Below are positions 52,267 through 64,000 of a stretch of 64,000 nucleotides of DNA, piece after piece (the first letter of the stretch is position 1; each line of letters opens with the position of its first letter). The notes below the pieces were generated by a model. It did no database searches, had not been told where the DNA came from, and saw only the letters and a list, made by a program, of their open reading frames with translations. The position numbers and the translations under genes are program-made. Source of the DNA: Selaginella moellendorffii (taxonomy: Eukaryota > Plantae > Lycopodiophyta); NCBI RefSeq assembly GCF_000143415.4, contig NW_003314329.1:745763-809762 (forward strand). The letters are read 5' to 3'.

Positions 52267-53819
52267 CTGACTACTCAAAATGTATAAAGGCAACTCCATA
52301 GTGAGGATATCCAAGAGAGTAAAAACTTGATTTCCAATTACCTTACTTCTTGTAATTTGGTTATAGATGTCGGAGAAACCAGCCAACACTCTATATGCTG
52401 ATGTATAAATTCATTCTTTCCATCCCTCCCCACTGCTACAGAGGATGACCTCCAAGAGTTATCTTTATCGGCTTCATATAAACAAGCATGAAAAAAAATA
52501 TATATTAACTTTAATATTTCTCGGTTTTGAACACTATTCAGGTTCACCCTCTTTCTCCTATAAGAAGTGTTGGCAACGTGGAAATAGTTATTAGGGACTA
52601 CTTTTAGCTTTCCAACGACGTGAGATGAGAGTCTTTTATGTTCCATAGATGGATGCAAGGATTAGGAATGAACAATACCTTCGGCATCGACCTTGTGTTC
52701 TTTGACTTGCCTAATGGGTTAGCATCTTTACAAGGCGACACTTCATCTTGGAACATCCTTCAATTAGACCATATTTCTCAAGCGGTGGATGTGGCATCCA
52801 AGGTGTTGCGATATAAGGGCATTATGTTAGTCATTCTTCCCTATTCTTTATTTTATGTCTTCTTGCAATGATGGCAGAGAATGATGACTCTAGATTGGTT
52901 GGGTTTGCATCAAGCTGCCTACTCTCAAACATTCCAGTCGAAACAAAAGGAGTAGGTGGCCGACTCCAAAAGGTTTGCATTTCCTTATTTTTTATATCTT
53001 AAATTGATTGCCTCTTTTCATTGTAGGTTTTAGCATTAAACTATGATGCTCTTTGCTATTACTCTTGTTGTCACAGTATTACACAAGCTGATGAGCATGT
53101 AGGTTTAGCATTGCTAAGATATAATAGCTCAACAAATATCATCCCAAATGTCATCGACAAGGACCATCATATAAAGTTTCCTGGCTATCGACACCATTCA
53201 CCAAGGGTCATGCAAATCCTTTTAGAGTTGTTTTGTCCTCTTAAGAGGATTGTGCTTGATGCTACAACAAGCTTTGGTTCAATAGTGCTAGTGGCTAAAG
53301 AAATTGGCTATGTAATTTTTGCACTAGAGAAGGAGAGTGCATTTAAAGGTGTTCTTGGGACATTTCATAACAGGTGATACTAAAGTAAATTTCTCATTAT
53401 AGTAATTCCATCATAGTTGTGTGGATTGATGATGTGGGCTATAATTTGCCATGTTATGCACAAGCAATGGTATAAACTTATATATAACAAGAGCCCACAA
53501 TTAAAGAGCATAATATTATACAAACTCCTCCTTTTATGGATGTGGATGCTAAGGAAGACTAAGTTTAGTTTTTTTTTCAGTTGAATTTTTTAATGGTATT
53601 ATAGAGTTTCTTCTTTGACTTATGATATTTATTTTCTTATTGGACTTATATTATTTAGCTTTTTCTTGGACTGAAAATATGTCATTCATTCCGAACTAAT
53701 CATTTGAACATTAACTTTTGTATTTAGTGAATTATATTAACTTTCATTGACTTGAACTCAGCTTGAGCTCAACTCAAAAACTACCCAACCCCTTTAATAC
53801 CACATTTGCAGCCAACTAG

Positions 53820-55960
53820 TGCTCTATCCCCAACCAGTTCAACCAATTTATGTCCCCATCTATGCATGGGACTGTAGTTCATCTTTCATTGCCTCAATCC
53901 ACTTTTCAGCATCTGGATATAGCTTTTGTGGTTCTTTAATAGTTGAAGCTACAGTTCATAAGTTTGTCTGGAAACTCGAGTGGGCCTTCCCACTGCCAGT
54001 ACGACCATACACCCTTGCATCAAAAGGTAATTCTCTGGTGAGACGCTCCACTTTAGGAGCGCGGTGGTGAAGTGATCGGTGTGCTAAGTGGTAGAGGCTC
54101 ATCTGTGAACTCAGGTCATGTTGGGACTCTGTTGCATGTTCAGGCTGGTGTTCTGGACTTTTTCATCATCAACATCATCCTCCCAGATCCACCCAACTAT
54201 TAATTTTCATCAGTACTTCTGCTGTGATTTGTTTCCTGGGTCGTTGCTTCAGCAAAATTCACATCAGTCTTGACTTCTACCCTTCTGAGAAGCGGATCAA
54301 ACAGGCGATACCCCTTCATACCCGACCAAATACATTAGTCTGCTTCGAAAATCAATGTATCTCCAATTTTCTTGGCAAAAGCAAAACAGCCATAGCGTTG
54401 TAGAAAACTCACATTCTGAAGTTTTCCTGTCCAAGATTCTTCAGGAATCATGCCAGGTTTTGTTGACGGAATTCTGTTCTGAACAAAGACAGCAGTCTGT
54501 ACTGCTTCAGCCCGAAGTCCAGATGATGAGAGCCATGTGCGTACTGAGTTCATAATGGTGCGGTTCTTTCGTTCAGACACTCCGTTTTGTTGAGGAGCTG
54601 CGTTGATGAATTATATCCTTTTGTCCACAGAAATCTTCAAAAGCTGTGGACCTGAGTCTGTGCGGATACACTTAAATTTTCTGCCGGTTTGAGTCTCAGC
54701 TTGAGAAACAAAGTCTTGGAAGCATTCCAGAGTCTGTGATTTCATATGTTCTCTTGGCAATAAATAGTAAAAAATAGCGCTTGCATCCAACACGCATAGG
54801 GCCACAAAGATCACTATGAACCAGGTCAAGGGGTTCATGTGTAAGCACAGGAAGTCTGTCACCCCTGTGTTCTTGGCAAGCAGAGTTTCCACCCTCTTGT
54901 TCACAGGCTGAAGTACGTCCTTGATCCCATCAACCAGATTTGATTGTTGCATGGAGAGTAGCGTTTTGTGGTTCACGTGATCATGCCAAGTATCAGTTGT
55001 CTCTAGTAGACAGCTTGCAGGAGATGTGGATTTGCTGGAGGAGCTGGTATACTCATAGAGATTGCCTGTACGTGGAGCCGAAAACACAATATTACCATTG
55101 TGCCATTCTCTATGATTATAATGTTCTTTGATGTGATTCCAGGGGACAATGTAGAACCAGTCCCATGCTTCCTGCGTATCAAAGATGAGCTCTTGTAAAA
55201 TAGCAGCTTAATTACCTCTGCTCCTAGAGTAACTGATTTCTCAATCAGCAGAATGTGAGATGAAGCCTAAGAAGTCAGAGTCTGAGATGTACTGGTAATG
55301 CTAAGCAAACTGCAATTGGCTGAGGCATAGCATCCCATGTAGTAACAACATCATTGTCGAGTTCTTTAGTGAGGTCCTCTCCTTTGTTGATTGGTATAAG
55401 GCTTCTTCTTTGATAACTTTCTGTAGTTGTCACTAATTTGGTCCCATAGAACCACTGTACGTGTTCTGTATAGAAGTATGAAACAACCAAACTTTGTGGA
55501 AAATCATCACGCGCGAACGCCTCCCACACATACCATGACATGGATGACGATGCTTGACACCATTATTACCAGTAGTCACCACATGAGCAGCTTCTATCCC
55601 TGTGAACATGTAGTCATGAAACCTCGGTGTTCCACTGGTGGCAGTCATCACAAGTTCCTAATGATCCTGATAGTGAAAGCCATAGGCAGCCTCTCGCTGT
55701 GCCTGCAGAGCTCCTCCTCTCCAATATGATCAACGTTGTGCAGAACGTTCCCGGCATAATCAGCTGCAGCTGCTCTTGAGAACCATAGATAAGTTCCTTA
55801 AGCTTGCTTCAATCTCAAGACTTTGCGGGTGATTCTGACTGCGGGCATCTCCAGCAAAGAACTTGGGAAAAATACTAGCTTTGTCACCTCATCGAGGCTC
55901 ATTTCAGGCTTTCTCAAAGCTCCTGCTTCAACTCTTAAGCCTTTTTACTGTAGGCTGCTC
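53820..55960 (-). mobile_element. Degenerate Ty1/copia gag-protease-integrase
   Basis: 'DTWHDHVNHKTL', 'ETQTGRKFKCIRTDSG', 'APQQNGVSERKNRTIMNSVR', 'AEAVQTAVFVQNRIP'. Confidence 0.85.
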
Positions 55961-56059
55961 CTTTCACATTCCTAAGGAACATTAGCCTCCAAACGCAAAA
56001 GAGGTTCAAATGCAACCTTTCCCACCTCTATGTTCCTCCAACTGTTGTATGCCCCTAAA

Positions 56060-56285
56060 CTGTTCACCAAGTGGCAGCATTCGGTTCAAAAGGCAACTCT
56101 TCGATCGTTTCCGGATCCAGAGCCGTTTTGAGCTCGTTGACACGACAGAGAATGTCCACCATGTAATGGAAATGCTTCGTGTCTCGCTTGATCCCGAATT
56201 TAGACTCCAACGACTCAAATTAGGACCTTCCTTGATCAACAAGACCAGCATGGCTGCATGCCGCTAGAAAGCAGAGCAAAGTGGA
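56060..56285 (-). pseudogene. PPR gene fragment (L2/S2/E region)
   Basis: 'ACSHAGLVDQGRS*FESLESKFGIKRDTKHFHYMVDILCRV...ELPFEPNAATW*'. Confidence 0.8.
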
Positions 56286-56408
56286 CGTAATAAATCAGAT
56301 CAGAGTGAAGAAGAATAGAAATTAAAGTAGTTGGTAGATAGAACAAACGGTAGGATAAATCATGTATATATAACAGAGTTACCCTACGATGGGTTTCTTC
56401 ACCCAACA

Positions 56409-56420
56409 TGGTATCAGAGC
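56409..56420 (+). promoter_or_regulatory. tRNA-iMet primer binding site directly after an LTR-like end (caaca)
   Basis: caaca-tggtatcagagc. Confidence 0.7.
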
Positions 56421-56569
56421 TGTGTTCACAGGTCACTTGCCACACGGCAAAACCCAGACATTGGCGCACTAGAAAATCCACGTGACTGCAAAAAGTTGTT
56501 AAAAGCCTGCAAGATCCACAAGATGAAAGATTACAAAATATAATTAAAGCAACGAATCACTTCTGATTC

Positions 56570-57065
56570 ATGGCTGTGCTGGTGCGCCATGCCCGATTGA
56601 TGGCCTGGTTTGCGCTGATTCTGGTACTGCCGCTGTCTTTTGCGCTGCTGGGGCACACGCTATCCGCTGCTCAACCGGATACGGCTCAACAAGGAGATGC
56701 TTGCGGTGGAGAGGAGCGAGGGGCACAGCGAGGCCACGCGGAGGGAGCTCTACTCGGAGCTTGGCATCCTGCTCGCCTACCTCGTCTTCGTGCTCGCCTT
56801 CTCGCTGCTGTCCACGGCGGCGGTGGTGTACAGCGTAGCATGCATATACGTGGACAAGAGCGTGACGGTGGCCAAGGTACTAGGCGTGGTGCCCCGGGTG
56901 TGGAAGCGGCTCATGGTAACGTTCCTCATCATGTTTGCGTACCACGTCACCTTCATCGTCACCGTTGGGCTGCTGGTGGTGGCGCTGGGCAGCGTGCCCG
57001 CCCTCTCGTCGCTGCTGCTGCTGTCGCTCGCCTTCTTCGCCCTACAAGGCGCTTTACTCATTGTG
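56570..57065 (+). pseudogene. GC-rich, frameshifted fragment of a conserved plant multi-pass membrane protein (At5g44860/At4g19950-like)
   Basis: 'LILVLPLSFALLGH' then, in a shifted frame, 'AYLVFVLAFSLLSTAAVVYSVACIY..VLGVVPRVWKRLMVTF'. Confidence 0.7.
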
Positions 57066-57405
57066 ACCACCCATCTACCAATGCTCTACCAGATCCTCCC
57101 TCAACATCCTCTGAAACACCACCCCTTGTCAGTCCTGCTCCGACCCCATTGTTTTCCCCATCCATTGCACATTCTTCAAACACAGAACCAGCACCTGTAA
57201 CCTACAGAGAAGATACAGGTATCCCGGTTCAAGGCACACCTAGTTGCTCGTGGATTCTCTCAATTCTACTTTGATGAAACGTTTTCTCCTGTGGGCAGGC
57301 TGACCTGGGCACTTGCAACAGCGCATGATTGGGATCTCGCTCAAATGGATGTGAAGAGTGCTTTTCTCCAAGGGAAACTTGTATATATGCGCCTTCCAGA
57401 TGGCA
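57066..57405 (+). mobile_element. Copia linker and RT fragment
   Basis: 'EPAPVTYRE', 'ALATAHDWDLAQMDVKSAFLQGKL-VYMRLPDG'. Confidence 0.8.
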
Positions 57406-57500
57406 AACATGTCGTGGCCTCAAACACCTTCAGAGAAGAACTTACGCCAGCAGAGCTCCTTTGTTTGGTTTTTTCAATTTTAGGGTTTCTAAAGGTGCAA

Positions 57501-58148
57501 ATGACTCTATGTCCACGCACTTTCTGTGCTAGTTCGCCATGGCAGCCTCTCTTCGCGAGCGACACTCGCCCAGTAATCCTTTTCGATGGTACGCACAAGC
57601 ACAGCAATCCAATTCTCTCGATTTTGATCGAGAAATTGTGTTCTCCCCTTTCAGGTGTTTGCAACCTCTGCAATGGCGGCGTGAATTTCGTTCTTGACAG
57701 GGACCCTCGCGCTCGCCTGCGATTCGCGGCACTCCAGAGCAACGCAGGGAGGGCTCTGCTCGAGAAATCTGGACGCTCTCGCGATGATATCTCTAGCATC
57801 GTCCTCGTTGAGAAACAGAGGTATAACCATATCTCTTCTTTCCTCGCGATATCTGAGAGAGATTTTCACTTGCTAGATCTTACATCAAGTCGGAAGCAGT
57901 GTTGCGAATCGCCCACTACCTAGACGAGCCATATCCATCACTCGCAACTCTTGCATTGCTCTTCCCACTGTTAAGTCACTCTCCCTTTCCAAATTCTCTG
58001 GAAAATCGGCATAAATCAATCTTGAATTTCCAGCTTTCTCCGAGACCCAACTTACGATTTGATCGCCAACAATCGATACTCACTCTTTGGACAGACAAAT
58101 CACTGCCGAACTTCGGATGAACAGTTCAAAGAACGCTTCTTAAGCTAA
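57501..58148 (+). CDS. DCC-family thiol-disulfide oxidoreductase (DUF393), 4 exons
   Basis: Exons ~57501-57588, 57655-57820, 57877-57969, 58034-58148; 'PVILFDGVCNLCNGGVNF..FAALQS..IANNRY'. Confidence 0.9.
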
Positions 58149-58275
58149 ACCATTTTAATCTCTTTGAAGAATAGAGGAACTTCTAGACAAAGAAGAACGA
58201 AGACCTCTCTATGTACAGAACAAATCATTCACTCCAATAGGTATAAAATCTAAAAGGATTTCTTCTTCTCCTTCT

Positions 58276-60032
58276 TCACCGTCCAAACCATCCAGCCTTT
58301 GGAGGACCCGCATCACTCCCGCCACCATTCATGAGCTTGTCCAGCACTACGTTCATATCCACAGCCTGTCCATTCTCCGTCAGCCTCTGGACCGTGGCAC
58401 GAACTTGGTCTCTCGGGAATCCCATCGCCGCAACCTTGTCGATCACATCGTCTACACCCGACCGGCTCGCAGGCCTGGCGCTGGGAAGAGACTGCTGGAT
58501 CGGCTGCGCTGTTGGGAGATGAGGATAGCCACCGCCGCCACCACCACCTCCGCCGCTGTGCATCCGCCCGTAGTTCACGCCTCCGCCACCATAGCCGGAT
58601 GTCTCATATGACTGCTGCTGATAAGCTGACGGTGGTGGAGGCAATGCCAGCGGCCCTGAGCCTGTTCTTCCCGGGAGTGAGTCGTACATCTGTGGAGGCG
58701 GAGGGCCGTGCTGCTGCTGCTGCTGCTGCTGTTGATGCTGCCGTGGAGGAGGAGGCGGAGGAGCACCGTAAGATTGTGGTGGTGGTGGTGGTGGCATATA
58801 GGAAGGAATGTCGAGAGAGTAGTTGACGGGAGGAGCTTGAGAGTGGTGCGGTGGTCCTTGAGGATGGGAGACTGGAACTGGGGCTGGAGGATATGGCGGT
58901 GCTTCCGGCTGGTGAGGATATGGCTGCGGGTGAGGCTGCTGCATTGGTGGCGGCGGAGGTGGTGGCGGAGCTGCTGGGTTCTGCGGAGGATACGAGTAAG
59001 ATGGCTGCTGCTGCTGCTGCTGGATCGCGTGAGGCACATGCTGAGGAGGATGTGGAGACTGCTGGATGTGAGTCGGCGGAGGTGGCTGGTGGACGACTGG
59101 AAGTGGGGGTGGAGGAGGCGGAGCCTGCTGCTGATGGACGCTGGAATCGAGAGCTTGAGGAGGCTGCGGCATTGGAGGTGGCTGCTGCGGTGAGGAAGCA
59201 ACCGGCGGTGCTTGAACCTCAACTTTGGTCGTCGGCGCTTCGGTTTTATCTTGCTGCAGCTTCAGCTGAAACTGTGCCTCGTTGATCTCTTGCTTGTCTC
59301 TCACGACCTGTACTCCTCTTTGCACCTTGGAAAGAAGGACAAGTAGTGTCAAGCAGACCTTGTTTCTTCCATATACACATACCTCGCGAAGCATGTTTTC
59401 TAGCATCCGGAGTCTTCCATCAGTCTCGCCGTGGTTATTCGCGTTGGCGCTCTTAGACTTCTCAAAAGCAACCTCGAGACGCTGAGTAGCGGCTTCCAGT
59501 TGAGATAGTCGACCCCCCATCCCCTCCAAAACACGTAGAAGATTGTCGGCATACTTCTTCATGGTACGCTCCACAGCGGCGGCAGTGGCGGAGTCGTAAG
59601 CATCCTTGTCAAACTCATGCCTCGATCGAGTCGACTCGTACTTCTCGTAAGTTACTGGAGGATCACGCACCTACGCACAAACCCAGTGTTGTTAAAAGTA
59701 GATAGATCTAAAAAACCCAAAGGAAACGAAGAACAAGGAAGAAAAGAGAATACCTGCTGCTCGAAAGAGGGATTCGCCTGGCGAAACTTGCCCCCGGCCT
59801 CCTCGATGCGTGCCCCGCCGCCGCTACCGTTGCTGCGAAGCGGCTGGAAATCGTAGCTCGGAAGAACATCGTCGTTGTTGAACGAGTAAGTCGGCGAAGA
59901 ATCCATCCTCCGGGGTCCGTTCTGGACGTAATTCGAGCTGCTGCTGCCGCTGGCATGAGCTATCGAGGGCGTGTTGGGCTGGAGCAAGTCAAAGAATGGC
60001 TCGCTGTGCGATCCCATGCCCTGATTATCCAT
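58276..60032 (-). CDS. FLOE-like DUF1421 protein (coiled coil, Q/P-rich prion-like region, C-terminal UBA-like domain), 3 exons
   Basis: 'VERTMKKYADNLLRVLEGMGGRLSQLE', 'VDDVIDKVAAMGFPRDQVRATVQRLTENGQAVDMNVVLDKLMN..GWFGR'; introns ~59671-59753 and ~59327-59382. Confidence 0.9.
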
Positions 60033-60248
60033 CTCTCGCCGGCGCGCGCCGCCCGTCGCCAAAGCCCTAGTCGGATGGAGTTCAAGAACCTGGCGCTAGA
60101 TCGCGATGCCGATGCCGCGTCGCCGATGCCTGTTCTCCCCGCGCGATTATCTAGCCCTAGAAGCAAGCAAGGCTTGTTTGGAGCTTTGGATATTCCCCTA
60201 CTTTAATTCTATCCCCTACTTATCTCTAGGGCTAAAATCTCCAACGCC

Positions 60249-64000
<3,752 letters not shown>

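Larger units (their letters stand above)
33870..53377 (+). pseudogene. Split, intron-containing gene (33870-34377, 44500-45093, 52272-53377) ending in a beta-class amino-DNA methyltransferase domain
   Basis: The reading frame runs across the ACTTC TSD (..SITL|PKYV..). The C-terminal part has the motif IV-like 'IDLVFFDLPNG' and the motif X-I-II-like 'HHSPRVMQILLELFCPLKRIVLDATTSFGSIVLVAKEIGYVIFALEKE'. Linking all three segments into one gene is inferred. Confidence 0.6.

Noticed and set aside
58331-59485. Antisense and alternative-frame ORFs over the FLOE-like gene (similarly over the PPR and CR ORFs)
   Set aside because: Shadow ORFs of GC-rich or low-complexity coding sequence

Overview
Eukaryotic plant genomic DNA. 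Short 50-70 bp introns, a PLS-class PPR gene and dense gene packing suggest a lycophyte such as Selaginella (inference). A PPR gene at 1.1-2.9 kb and a compact cluster at 57.5-64 kb (DCC/DUF393 oxidoreductase, FLOE/DUF1421 protein, GH2 beta-galactosidase) flank a ~54 kb island of nested transposons. The island holds a Ty3/gypsy chromovirus with a 5-bp TSD, a second gypsy nested in it, non-coding LTR elements, two TRIM-like units, two MITEs, copia remnants and host-gene fragments (DPE1, MSH6, PPR, a membrane protein, a deleted tRNA-Phe). The most unusual content lies beneath the nested retroelements: (i) an intact, intronless 609-aa Crinkler/RHS-type P-loop NTPase plus restriction-endonuclease-like ORF; (ii) a decayed, intron-containing bacterial-type beta-class N4C/N6A DNA methyltransferase gene split by two LTR insertions; (iii) a decayed ParB/Srx-like gene preceded by five palindromes. 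Together these may be the remains of a mobile, restriction-modification-like module (hypothesis). All family calls come from motif recognition by eye; no searches were run.
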